In this document: positions 10,564 to 20,380 of the stretch, one piece after another
Numbering within the stretch: position 1 is the stretch's first letter
How the letters are laid out: each line of letters opens with the position of its first letter
Source: Paramicrosporidium saccamoebae KSL3
Lineage: Eukaryota; Fungi; Cryptomycota
Direction of reading: 5' to 3'
DNA length: 32,000 nt
NCBI GenBank assembly: GCA_002794465.1
Contig: MTSL01000114.1
Location: forward strand, 1 to 32,000
Notes under the pieces: generated by a model
What the model saw: the letters and a program-made list of their open reading frames with translations, nothing else
Told to the model about the DNA's origin: nothing
Databases searched by the model: none
Program-made: the position numbers and the translations under genes

Positions 10564-11025
10564 TCAAAGAATGACTCTACTGACTAGATCGCATCCTGTC
10601 ACCATTAATGCTGAATAGGCCACTATTGCTGGAAGCGTCTTCATATTGCCTCTTCCTAAGGGGGATTAGCCATTCACGGTGGCAATTACCAACGACACCG
10701 TACATCAATATACCCGACACGACTCCCGCAGATATTGCGTTGAAAAGGTCGGGTTTTTCCACTTGTCGCTGTCCCCGGACCTCCATAAGCGTTCTTCTTG
10801 TAACTACAGGCTATTAGAATAATGAGATGCTCACTCAATGATGTTGAGGCCCACATGGCCAATGTTCCTGATGTCCAGACTGCAGACCTGGCAACGGACG
10901 TCCGTGTCAGTATTCCAAAAATGCTTCCAGCAAACAGCCCTACTACTCCTACAGGCTCTCTTTTACTCGCATGCAACTCTACCTGCAGTGCCCCCAACGG
11001 CAGTGCATAGACGTCCCGCTTCCAT
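10564..11025 (-). CDS. Tim17/Tim22/Tim23-like small membrane protein (~120 aa), split across ORF-track entries
   Basis: Introns 10982-10949, 10834-10804 and 10689-10656 give MEAGRLCTAVGGTAGVVGLFAGSIFG...VRGQRQVEKPDLFNAISAGVVSGILMYG.., with GxxxG helices and a D..N...AG..SG motif. The C-terminus is uncertain (possible 4th intron). Confidence 0.6.
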
Positions 11026-11049
11026 AAGTTCGCCGGTGTGCATTCCAAC

Positions 11050-11055
11050 AAAAAA
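11050..11055 (-). terminator. Pol III terminator (T6) after tRNA-Ile
   Basis: A6 on + strand, 2 nt beyond the tRNA-Ile 3' end. Confidence 0.8.
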
Positions 11056-11057
11056 CG

Positions 11058-11131
11058 TGGTCCTTGGCAGGATCGAACTGCCGACCTTGGCGTTATTAGC
11101 ACCACGCTCTAACCGACTGAGCTAAAGGACC
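11058..11131 (-). tRNA. tRNA-Ile(AAU), 74 nt
   Basis: Acceptor stem GGTCCTT/AAGGACC, anticodon arm TGGTG-CTAATAA-CGCCA, T-arm GGCAG-TTCGATC-CTGCC. Confidence 0.96.
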
Positions 11132-11139
11132 GCAAGTCG

Positions 11140-11213
11140 CACCCCAGCTGGGAATCGAACCCAGAACCTTCTGATTAGAAGTCAGACGCGCTATCCGATT
11201 GCGCCACTGAGGC
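11140..11213 (-). tRNA. tRNA-Arg(UCU), 74 nt
   Basis: Acceptor stem GCCTCAG/CTGGGGT, anticodon arm TCTGA-CTTCTAA-TCAGA, T-arm CTGGG-TTCGATT-CCCAG. Confidence 0.96.
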
Positions 11214-11280
11214 TACTGATACCATTGGGGGATTTTATTACCAAATAGCAAGTGGTGAGCAATAGGTGGTGAATGGTATT

Positions 11281-11386
11281 TGTCCAATGTTTGGGCGCCA
11301 TGTCGGCGAGTTTCTACCAACTGGTAACTCCCTGCCGCCCAATTTAGCTTGTATTGGCACCGTGGTAATACTCCTACCATGCAACA
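11281..11386 (+). repeat. Dispersed repeat copy A (inverted relative to 15974-16090)
   Basis: Two colinear blocks match the reverse complement of 15974-16090 at 28/36 and 30/35 nt, including the exact 17-mer caccgtggtaatactcc. Confidence 0.85.
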
Positions 11387-11499
11387 TCACAGCAAGAGTA
11401 TATCTTTATTAAAGGCACCTTACAGGCTGCCACCTTCAACACATCAGATTGTGGGTTAGCCGCCAGGATTACCAATCAGAAGCGGGCGCGGTTTAACAG

Positions 11500-13721
11500 T
11501 TATTTTTTGGCCAGCTCATCGTATGCATGCTTTGTAGCAAACGGCCTAGGACCCAAGAGTTCAATGACGTCTTCACGATTCAGTACCTCCTTCTCTAGTA
11601 ATCTCAATGCCAACTTTTCCACTTCGGCTCTTTTTTCCGAAAGCAAGGCGACAGTTCGTTCATAGGATTCGGCCACCATTTTCCGAGCTTCTTCGTCAAT
11701 CATCTTGGCAGTCTCCTCAGAGTAAGGACGCTGGGTTAGGGAAGAATTTTCAGACTGCTCGTCAAACGACAGGGTCCCAATGCGCGGATTCATGCCAAAA
11801 ATGGCGATTTGAGAATAGGCCAACTTTGTGACTTTCTGGAGATCATCACGAGCGCCGGTAGTTACACTTGCATGCCCAAAAAACATTTCCTCAGCAACTC
11901 GACCCGCCAGAGTCATTGCCATTCGGTCTGCTAGTTGGGACCGGCTGTATAGGTATTGATCCTTTGGAAGATATTGGGCATAACCCAAGGCTCCAATGCC
12001 ACGAGGAATGATAGAGACCTTGAGGAGAGGATCAGCATGTTCTAGAAACCAGCCAGCAACTGCATGTCCAGCTTCGTGATAGGAAACTAGCCTTTTTTCT
12101 TCAGGAGATAATACGCGACTCTTTTTTTCTAACCCAGCGATGACTCGCTCAATGGCCATGTCAAAGTGTTTGTCATCAACAAGATCCGAGTTGAAGCGTG
12201 CTGCAATGAGGGCTGCTTCGTTGCAGACGTTGGCAATGTCGGCACCTGCAAACCCTGGTGTCAAGAATGCCAGTCTTTGAGAGAGAGCAGCTTTGTCTGA
12301 GCGAGTCTTTATCGGCCCGAGATGGACAGCAAAAATATCTTGGCGGCCCTTCAGGTCGGGCTTGTCAATGGCAATCATTCGATCGAATCTGCCGGGTCTT
12401 GTCAAGGCTGGATCAAGGACGTCCGGACGGTTTGTACCCGCCAGGACTATAATTTGATCAGTGGACGCAAATCCGTCCATCTCAACTAAAAGTTGATTCA
12501 GGGTATTCTCACGCTCATCGTTGCCACCCCCGCCCAAATATCCACCACGTCCCCGAGCCTTTCCGATCGCATCAATTTCATCAATGAAAACGATGCAGGG
12601 AGCCATTTCGCGGGCCTCGTTGAACAAGTCTCTGACGCGCGACGATCCTACACCCACAAACATTTCAACGAATTCGCTTCCAGAGACGCTAAGAAAAGGA
12701 ACATCAGCTTCGCCTGCTGTAGCCTTTGCCAACAGCGTCTTTCCTGTTCCAGGTGGCCCGCTCAGAATCGCCCCCTTTGGTATTTTTGCGCCCAACCGTT
12801 GGTACTTGGCGGGCTCTTTTAGAAACTGGACAAACTCCATAATCTCCTCCTTTGCCTCGTCCATACCGGCGACATCCTTGAAGCGGACCTTTACCAAAGT
12901 TTCTGAATTGTACAATTTAGCTTTTGACTTGCCAACATTGAAGATGCTGGCAGCGCCACCAGATCCAGCCCGCTGGCTGGCTCTCCAAAGAGAGTAAAAG
13001 ATGTACGCTGTCAATATGGTTGGGGCATACTGGAGAAGGGTGGTGAATGGCCCCGGACTGCTCTGCTCATATGAAATTGGGACTCTTTGGGACTTTGGAG
13101 TTCCCAAGTCATCTTGGGCCTGCTCCAACGCCTTCTCAAAGGAATCAACTGAGCCGATAGTAAAGTAAACCGGGAGTGAAGAAGCAGAGCCGGATTTGAG
13201 TACAATTCGGACAATATTTTTGTCAAAAACGACTAGACGATCTACGGTTCCTCGTTCCAAGTAATCACTGATAAATTGAGGAAATGTGATCTCGTGGGTC
13301 GGCGTAATCATCGATTGGTAAAGATACCAAGTAGCTGCTGCGCCTACCAGCATCGCAGGCCAGGAGACGTTACTGAAATCTGGCATAGGGTTCTTTTTAT
13401 CACCTCCCCGACCTTTGCTGCCCTTGTCCTCTTCCTCGGGCTCCTCCTTTCTTCCCTCGGGCTCGCGTGTCCCGCCTCCCGAGCCTCGAACAACTCGAAA
13501 TGAAATTGGCCCGAGTCTCGCAATTTCCTCATCTTTCAGCTTTCGTGGGTGCCCTCCGCTGTAGTGTCGTCTCGACATCAGACAGTTACTATAGTGCGCC
13601 ACTCTAAAAAGTAAATCAAAATTACATGTATCAGTGCATACGGAATAGTATGGTGCACACCTTTTCGATTTCCCAGTGAATTCCACAGGCCCGCCAATGT
13701 AAGGCGCTTGGAAGGGTGCAT
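11500..13721 (-). CDS. AFG3: m-AAA protease subunit AFG3/YTA12 family (FtsH-like; ~727 aa)
   Basis: Walker A GPPGTGKT, Walker B FIDEID, SRH and HEAGH zinc motif. Proposed 38-bp intron 13641-13604 gives a basic presequence-like N-terminus ([20 protein letters not shown]). Yta10 versus Yta12 paralog not resolved. Confidence 0.95.
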
Positions 13722-14223
13722 TCTACCACGGCGAAAAGATAATTAATTTCTCAAGCCGGGCCTTCCTCCCAAGTGTAGCACATGGTAAAATAGTTGTGGC
13801 GTAGTGGACTGATTAGCGGGTTCTGTTGATGAGCGAATTAGTTCTCTTAAAGTATGTGGCTCCTTTATAGGCAGCCGCTCTTAGTGTAACAGGAGCGGAT
13901 CGTGAGATTGCATAACTACCTGCGCTGGGGCCATCAATTATAAGCAGATACTGTTTAACAGGTTCCTTATTCAAAATGGAACGCCCAAGGTCGAAACTGG
14001 TCAATCACAAGCTTCCCTCTTCATTACATCTCTCATAGTTCTTTATTATATGCCTCACCTTTCCATTGCACCCTTAAACGCGACTTGGCTCACTACTTAC
14101 CCTTCACCTCTCTAACTAATTAATCTATTTCATATAGTAAAGGGACCTCACCACAAGCACAAGCCTCACAAAGGCGTAATGATTTTAAATGCTCTTATCG
14201 TTGCGGCTACTCATAGACGAGTA

Positions 14224-14305
14224 GGACTTTTGAACTTTTGAACTTTTGAGCTTCTGGACTTTTGAACTTCTGACTTTTGAACTTCTTGAACCTTTTGATT
14301 TCTTG
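14224..14305 (+). repeat. Degenerate 8-bp tandem repeat G(A/G)ACTT(T/C)T, ~10 units
   Basis: GGACTTTT GAACTTTT GAACTTTT GAGCTTCT GGACTTTT GAACTTCT GACTTTT GAACTTCT ... Confidence 0.85.
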
Positions 14306-14350
14306 GCTTCTTCATTGGCGGTGCCCTATATATCAACCCTCACAGTCATA

Positions 14351-15970
14351 ATGATTTTTAACATTGCAGCCGTCCTAAAGTCCATCCAAATCTTTACTTG
14401 GGATGTAAATTATTTGGCCGAGTTGGCATCAAGAAAGTCACGTTTTTCTTCAAGGCCCAATCTATATCGCCAATTACCCCACTCCAAGTTGATCCCTCCA
14501 TTAGTGGCTAGGAAGCAGCGATACCTACACCGACTGGGCATGCCGTTGAGGTTATTACTGAGGTTGGCACATCTTGGAGTCATATTCGGTCCAGCGTTTC
14601 TCCTGGTCGCACCCATTTGTGCCCTCTCACCAGGTCGGAAAAGGCCGTTACTGCATGGAATTATGTATTGGTGCTTGCAGAGGGCAGGCGCTACCTTTAT
14701 AAAGCTCGGTCAATGGGCCTCAACTCGTCCGGATATACTCTCTCCCGAACTGTGTCGAGTTCTCTGTGAGCTGAACTCACGGGCACCGGCCCACAGTATG
14801 ACTTGGAATAGACACGTATTCAGATCGGAATTTGGAGTGGAACTGGAGCAGATCTTCCGGGACTTTGACTGCAACCCTTCGGGTTCCGGGACAGTTGCTC
14901 AAGTACACAGAGCTTGGCTGCGCAAGAGCGGATTAGAGGTTGCCGTGAAAATATGCCATCCAAACATTGAAGAACATATTGAGAGAGATTTACGACTAAT
15001 GAAGATTATGGCCGAGGTCGCCCATTCGATTCCGCTGTTCAGGAACTTTAATCTCCCCGAGGAGGTCGGGTATTTTTCACAAATGATGCGACAGCAACTC
15101 AACTTGAGGCATGAGGCCTATGCTCTGGATCACTTTTCTCGCAACTTTTCATATTGGAAAAATGTCCATGTGCCAGTTCCTGTCTACCAGTTTGTCTCGA
15201 CTCACATTCTTACAGAAACGTTTGCCACGGGAACGGCAATTTCGGCATTTTCTTGCGACTCTCTGGAAGAAAGTTTGACGGATCCGGAGAAAGAAGTCTG
15301 GACTCTGGCCAAGACGCAAATTGCAACCATTGGATTGCAGTCCTTCCTGCAAATGCTGCTCTGGGACAACTTTGTGCATGCCGATCTCCATCCTGGAAAC
15401 ATATTTGTTAGATTTGTCAATAAGCGTGGAAAAGTGTATTGGAGCGATCGTCCTTCAAAAGAGCTAGTTCATTTGATTGCCCAAGAAGATCTCATCCCTC
15501 AACTTGTCTACCTCGACACGGGCCTAGTGACCCAATTGTCGAGGAAAGATTTTCAAAACTTTAATGATCTCTTTAAAGCTCTTGTACTGCACGGCGACGG
15601 CTACCGCGCAGGACAGTTGATTATTGAACGGTGTCCTCCACAGCACAGGTCGCGCATAGTTGATCCAGACGGATTTTGCCGATCCATGGACACAATCGTC
15701 CAACCAATCTTTCGCAATGTTTCGCTAAAGTTGAAGAGTTTTGCTATTGCACCAATTATCTTCCAGGTGTTTGATCTTGTCAGGGACCATCGAGTGCATT
15801 TGGACGGGTCTTTTACCAATCTGGTGATGAGTTTTGGCTGTGTAGAAGGCTTGGGCAGACAGCTCTCTCCTGACCTTAACTTGCTTCCATTTTTAGCAAG
15901 CGCCGCACTCCAATATTTGGTAACCAACGTTGCCTTTAAGCTTGATCAAATACGTGACAACGCTGCGTAA
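14351..15970 (+). CDS. ADCK2: ABC1/UbiB atypical kinase, ADCK2/Cqd1-like (~539 aa)
   Basis: IKLGQWASTRPD, GSGTVAQVHRA, VAVK, HADLHPGNI and DTG motifs. First ATG is 14351; the ORF-track start lies inside the 8-bp repeat. Confidence 0.88.
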   Translation: MIFNIAAVLKSIQIFTWDVNYLAELASRKSRFSSRPNLYRQLPHSKLIPPLVARKQRYLHRLGMPLRLLLRLAHLGVIFGPAFLLVAPICALSPGRKRPLLHGIMYWCLQRAGATFIKLGQWASTRPDILSPELCRVLCELNSRAPAHSMTWNRHVFRSEFGVELEQIFRDFDCNPSGSGTVAQVHRAWLRKSGLEVAVKICHPNIEEHIERDLRLMKIMAEVAHSIPLFRNFNLPEEVGYFSQMMRQQLNLRHEAYALDHFSRNFSYWKNVHVPVPVYQFVSTHILTETFATGTAISAFSCDSLEESLTDPEKEVWTLAKTQIATIGLQSFLQMLLWDNFVHADLHPGNIFVRFVNKRGKVYWSDRPSKELVHLIAQEDLIPQLVYLDTGLVTQLSRKDFQNFNDLFKALVLHGDGYRAGQLIIERCPPQHRSRIVDPDGFCRSMDTIVQPIFRNVSLKLKSFAIAPIIFQVFDLVRDHRVHLDGSFTNLVMSFGCVEGLGRQLSPDLNLLPFLASAALQYLVTNVAFKLDQIRDNAA

Positions 15971-15973
15971 GGC

Positions 15974-16090
15974 TGTTGTGTGGGGGGAGTATTACCACGG
16001 TGTCAATATAAACGAGCTACATGGAACTGTTTATTATCAATTGGTGTGTCCACTTATAGACTCGTCGTTATGGTGTCCAAACATTGGAGA
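15974..16090 (-). repeat. Dispersed repeat copy B
   Basis: Reverse-complement match to 11281-11386. Begins 3 nt after the ADCK2 stop. Confidence 0.85.
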
Positions 16091-16665
16091 GAATCTTTCC
16101 ACCTCCCAACTCTGACTCTTCTTTCCACAATTGAGCAATACCTAGCTAAACATTCCACTACCTCACAAGGCGACAGCTTAGAACGGGAACGCCTCTGTCA
16201 TGTACGTAACGGAGGCGATGTACCCAAAGGTCAGCTTTGAGTTGTACTTGTGAGATTCATTCCAGCCATATTGGGGATGGCGGCCTATTATAAAGACGCT
16301 ACATGTTTTAATAAAAGCTATCGCTATCGCGTGCTAACAGACTCGGTTCCGGTTTAACAAAGCTATAATTATGGATCAAAGTGTCGCGTAGTGGGGATGA
16401 AGCCATAGACTTTGCCAGGCGGAAAGGGGGGGGGGTTGTTCACTGCTAGTCCTGGAATAGTATGAATGCACATCTCGCTGTCCCCAAATACTCGGCAAAG
16501 TGATCCACTCTAGCTCACAAATACGTCTTCTCCAACCTAGGGAACCATTCTCAAATACCCAACTAGTCAATCTTCTACGTCACAAAAGAGTGTCCTCAAT
16601 GGTAAATGGACTTTCATGAATATGATAAATTTTTATGAATCTATTTCTAGCGGTCTACTAGTTTC

Positions 16666-18972
16666 TTATTTGCGGACAAAGAAGACGATAGCACCACCAA
16701 TAACGACGATAGCGAGGATACCAGTGATAATCCAGCCCCATGGAAGCGAAGATTCGGTATCGACCGTAGGGAGAGGGTTAGTGGTAGAGCGCTTCACCCA
16801 AGCAGCGCGAGCATCTTGGCTAAGCTTGGCCTTGTTGTCTTCGATGACCTTGTTGACAGCAGCCAAGTCAGTGTTGTCAGCTCCAATGTTCTCAACCTGT
16901 TCGGCAGTGAGACTTCCAAAGCTGGGAACGATGGCAGCGATTTGCTTGGCACTCAACTGGCGGAGGGCGGCAGGCTTGATAGTCTTATCCATAACGATGA
17001 CAGCAATGGTTTCAACCTTGAGACTGGCCAGTTGCTTGGCGCTGAGCACTGGAATGCGCTTAATAGTGTTGATGTCGGTGGGGGCAATGTTGAAAGTGAC
17101 CATTTCAGAAGGCTTCTCAACCTTACTAGAGAGGAGGGCCAACTGCTTGTCGTTGAGGTGATCCAAAGTGTAACCGAAAGTGTTCCATTGGCTAATGTCA
17201 GTATTCTCAAAGGTATTATCTGCGAAATATCTGACACGATCGGGGATTTCACTAGCAAAGCTCATGATCGCCAAGCAAGATCCATCGAGTTCGGAGAGGG
17301 CTTCCTTGTTAATCTTCAAGAAAACGGGCTTTGTGACAGTAGAGCAGAAGTCTCCAGTGGCAATAGCCTTCAACAACTCGGGCTTCATCTTTTCGAGCTC
17401 TTCATCGTTGAGCTCAGGCTCAATGGTCTCGAAAGGTCTTCCCTTGACGAGAGAGGGCGTGCTCTTCATGGAAGCAAGGTCAACAGGGAAAGTGAAAAAT
17501 TCGGTACAGGCAGAGGAGACATACTTGAGAGACTTGATGGACTTGTACGTTTCGATATCAGTGACCAAAGAGCAAGCATGCTTACCAACCTCAATCTTGC
17601 TGGAGAGATTCTTCATGCAAGCCTCCTGGTTCGCCAAAGTCATCAAATCAAGAACAGCCAATCCCTCGTAGGAAGTGCCGCGACGTTCGACCGACAGATT
17701 CTCAAAGTTGCTAGCAGACAGACGGGACAAGATTTCAGGGTCAAGAGGTTCCAAGGTGGTAATGACGGAGATGAGGACGTTCGGGTCTTGATTTACGGCA
17801 AGATTCTTGGGAGTCGTGGTGATAGTTACCTTGTTCTTAATGTCACCATCTTTCGGCAAGTTGGCAGCACCAGTCTTGGTGGACATGACCTTGTTCAAGA
17901 AGGGCTTCGTAAAGCTCTCCTTATCCGCAGGCTTCAAGGCCTTGACGACCTGAGCGTACAAAAACTTGTCCTTCTCCAATTCACCAAAGATAGTGGGGGG
18001 GATTTCTCTCCAGAGCTCTCCGAGGGGTTTCGAGGTAGAGGGAAGGATGTAAGAAGCAAGGCAGGCAGCGGTGACCTTCTTGATGGCTGTCTTGGTGACC
18101 TTATTCAGGGCCAATTGGGAGCAGCGCGTAGCGGAATCAGTCTTGATTCCATAGTTCAGGAGCTGATCAGCAGAAATCTTCGCGGCATTTACACCATCGA
18201 GAGGCGCCTTGAGACGGGAAAAGATGTCGGACCTCATGTAGGGAACCTGTTCATGGATGTCGGTTGTGCCGATATTCTGGATTGCAGCAAAGCAGGCGGG
18301 GGTGAGTCCAGTTACGCTATTCTTATTCATGTGAGTCACAAAGGTCGCATCCAAGACTCCACAGTAGGTTTCTTGATCCTTGTCGTCAATCTGCTTAAAT
18401 GCCTCCCAGAATGCCTTTGGCATTTTATGCAGAATGGCAGGGCTAATGTTGGTGGTGCGGTTCATAGCTTGGAGAACCAGGCTTCCTCCCTTCACGACGA
18501 AACTGATATCAATAGCACTGAGGTCACGGTTTGGGCGAGCCTTGTAGAATGTAACGGCTTCCTCGGCAGACGCGGGAGACTCCAGGAAGAACTTTTTGAT
18601 ATTAGAGTTCTTTCCAGTATGGTCCAGGTAGTAGCCAAGACCAGGTAGGAGAAACTCTTTATAGGTATCAAGGAGTTCTGGGGTCAACGAGCCCAAAAAG
18701 GTGGGCATGTCAGTCTTCGTCTTGGTCGTAAACGTAGTAGGATTCATCTTGACAAGACGGTCCATAAGCCTGACAAAGTTGCGCAGTTTTTCAGCTTTGC
18801 TGGGCGCAGGAAGAGTGACAGCACCGGTAAGGTCAGCATTAGTAGCGATAGACCTCAGGACCTGGTTGGTATTCTTCTTAAAGTAATCGAGGGTCAATGT
18901 GGTGTCAGCGTGATCAAACTGAGCGCTGACAGCACCACAAAGGAGCAAAGTGGAGAAGACAGAAAGTTTCAT
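16666..18972 (-). CDS. Lineage-specific type I membrane/surface protein (768 aa)
   Basis: Signal peptide MKLSVFSTLLLCGAVSA, C-terminal TM WIITGILAIVVIGGAIVFFV plus RK tail, four C-x(19-22)-C pairs, LSAKQ/LTAEQ repeats, strong codon bias. Confidence 0.9.
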   Translation of the reverse strand: MKLSVFSTLLLCGAVSAQFDHADTTLTLDYFKKNTNQVLRSIATNADLTGAVTLPAPSKAEKLRNFVRLMDRLVKMNPTTFTTKTKTDMPTFLGSLTPELLDTYKEFLLPGLGYYLDHTGKNSNIKKFFLESPASAEEAVTFYKARPNRDLSAIDISFVVKGGSLVLQAMNRTTNISPAILHKMPKAFWEAFKQIDDKDQETYCGVLDATFVTHMNKNSVTGLTPACFAAIQNIGTTDIHEQVPYMRSDIFSRLKAPLDGVNAAKISADQLLNYGIKTDSATRCSQLALNKVTKTAIKKVTAACLASYILPSTSKPLGELWREIPPTIFGELEKDKFLYAQVVKALKPADKESFTKPFLNKVMSTKTGAANLPKDGDIKNKVTITTTPKNLAVNQDPNVLISVITTLEPLDPEILSRLSASNFENLSVERRGTSYEGLAVLDLMTLANQEACMKNLSSKIEVGKHACSLVTDIETYKSIKSLKYVSSACTEFFTFPVDLASMKSTPSLVKGRPFETIEPELNDEELEKMKPELLKAIATGDFCSTVTKPVFLKINKEALSELDGSCLAIMSFASEIPDRVRYFADNTFENTDISQWNTFGYTLDHLNDKQLALLSSKVEKPSEMVTFNIAPTDINTIKRIPVLSAKQLASLKVETIAVIVMDKTIKPAALRQLSAKQIAAIVPSFGSLTAEQVENIGADNTDLAAVNKVIEDNKAKLSQDARAAWVKRSTTNPLPTVDTESSLPWGWIITGILAIVVIGGAIVFFVRK

Positions 18973-19109
18973 GGACGGACAGTGCCCCCCGGGGGAAGCC
19001 TCTTTTTATTTCGCCACTGGGGCCCTGACCCATGCTGTGACCAATAGAAATTTAGTTACGTTTTTGTGGGATTACTATTGGTCAAGAGGAAGATTTCCCG
19101 ATTCAGGGA

Positions 19110-19139
19110 TTTTGATTGGTAGATGGTGGCCAATCAAAA
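19110..19139. promoter_or_regulatory. Inverted pair of CCAATCA boxes (10-bp perfect inverted repeat)
   Basis: ttttgattgg-tagatggtgg-ccaatcaaaa, 140-165 bp upstream of ATG 18972. Confidence 0.5.
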
Positions 19140-19529
19140 GCAGTAGTCATCGGGACGCCGAGACTGGCAACGTCCATTGGTCAGTTCCTTGGACTTTGTG
19201 ACATGGGAACAACCTGTGTACAGGAACTATTAACTGTTATCGCACACACCAAATGACGGCTGGTTTTGCGGGGTAGAATACATTTATTATAGGAAGGATT
19301 CTTTAATCTGACCATGCTCTAAATAGATAGAGGTTACTATCCCTTAACCGCGATTTGGTTCACCACGGGACAAAGCTACAACCCCCCGTGGTCTCTGTTT
19401 TGAGGACTCAAGATAGGGTCACAAGTGAAGCTTATAGTAAAGACTCAGTTTGGAGCGTTAATCCGTTATGTAATTTCTCACAGTCGACCCTTTGTTGGGG
19501 GTTATTGATCCTTTATATATTCTTTCACA

Positions 19530-19982
19530 CTAATCAATAATAAGCTCATCCAAGGCCCAATCTTCAAATGACCCGTCTGGGAGAAACCGTCTAATAATTA
19601 GCGGTATCTTTCTCTCCCTCAGCTCTTTGGCTGCAATTTGCAAAGGGTCTGTCTCTCCCTCCAGTTCCACCATGGGTGGGGCGTTCAGGCTTAGCTGTAG
19701 CGCCCGGGTTCCCAAGACACGGGCTCTCTCATACTTGGTTAGGTAGCGAGTTGTCATGCGCTGGGTGCGGTCTATGGAGGCACCAGTCGCGAGGATGGAA
19801 AAATCTTCTGTGGGTTCATCGCCGTGCAGTAAAACGTCACGGTCGACGGTGGGCTCGAGGTCGCGCTCGGCTGGCTCCCCTTCGGCGTCCTCGAGGACCT
19901 CCTCCTCCTCAGGCATCATGTATTCTTCCTCATTATAATCGTCCCCAACATTGTCATATCCTCCATCTTCGGCGTCAGACAT
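19530..19982 (-). CDS. RPB6: RNA polymerases I/II/III shared subunit RPABC2 (Rpb6)
   Basis: Acidic N-terminus followed by [59 protein letters not shown]. Confidence 0.98.
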   Translation of the reverse strand: MSDAEDGGYDNVGDDYNEEEYMMPEEEEVLEDAEGEPAERDLEPTVDRDVLLHGDEPTEDFSILATGASIDRTQRMTTRYLTKYERARVLGTRALQLSLNAPPMVELEGETDPLQIAAKELRERKIPLIIRRFLPDGSFEDWALDELIID

Positions 19983-20023
19983 TCTCCAAGTACACTGCCA
20001 ATACCAGGGCCAGTCATGAGGTT

Positions 20024-20170
20024 GTGAGATGTGTGGGGCGGGTGAGATGTATCGGGTGTGGAAATTGTATGGGGTACGTGAGATTCTTGTGAGATATGTA
20101 AAGTGTGTGTGGGGGGGGGAGGATTGAAATTAGTCTGAGATATGTGAGCTGTTTGAGGTTCCTGTGAGGT
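20024..20170. promoter_or_regulatory. Cluster of GTGAGAT heptamers
   Basis: Exact copies at 20024, 20042, 20078 and 20089; one-mismatch copies at 20135, 20144 and 20164. Confidence 0.4.
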
Positions 20171-20380
20171 CTTTATGTAAGAACAACCGAGGGACCCCTA
20201 TCCATGCTGTCGCAGCAAGTATCAAAAAATTTCAAACTGTATATATGTAAGACTTGCGATAGTACAGATTCTGTTGAATATTCTTAATCTGCAGATATAT
20301 TCACTCTACGAGTACTTATACTCACACAACACACAATAATAGACCCTTTGGCCCTTGCCCCGGCCGCCTCCCCACCCTCA

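Noticed and set aside
14224-14305. Heat-shock element array
   Set aside because: The spacing is GAA-n-TTC, not the nGAAnnTTCn required for HSF binding.
14246-14350. N-terminal extension of ADCK2 in the ORF track
   Set aside because: TTG start inside the 8-bp repeat; the first ATG is 14351.
16816-18648. 610-aa antisense ORF
   Set aside because: Exactly in codon register with the surface-protein gene. It is a shadow of TTA/CTA/TCA avoidance, with no recognisable motifs.
16426-20119. G9-G10 homopolymers at 16426 and 20111 as G-quadruplexes
   Set aside because: Single runs without four spaced G-tracts.
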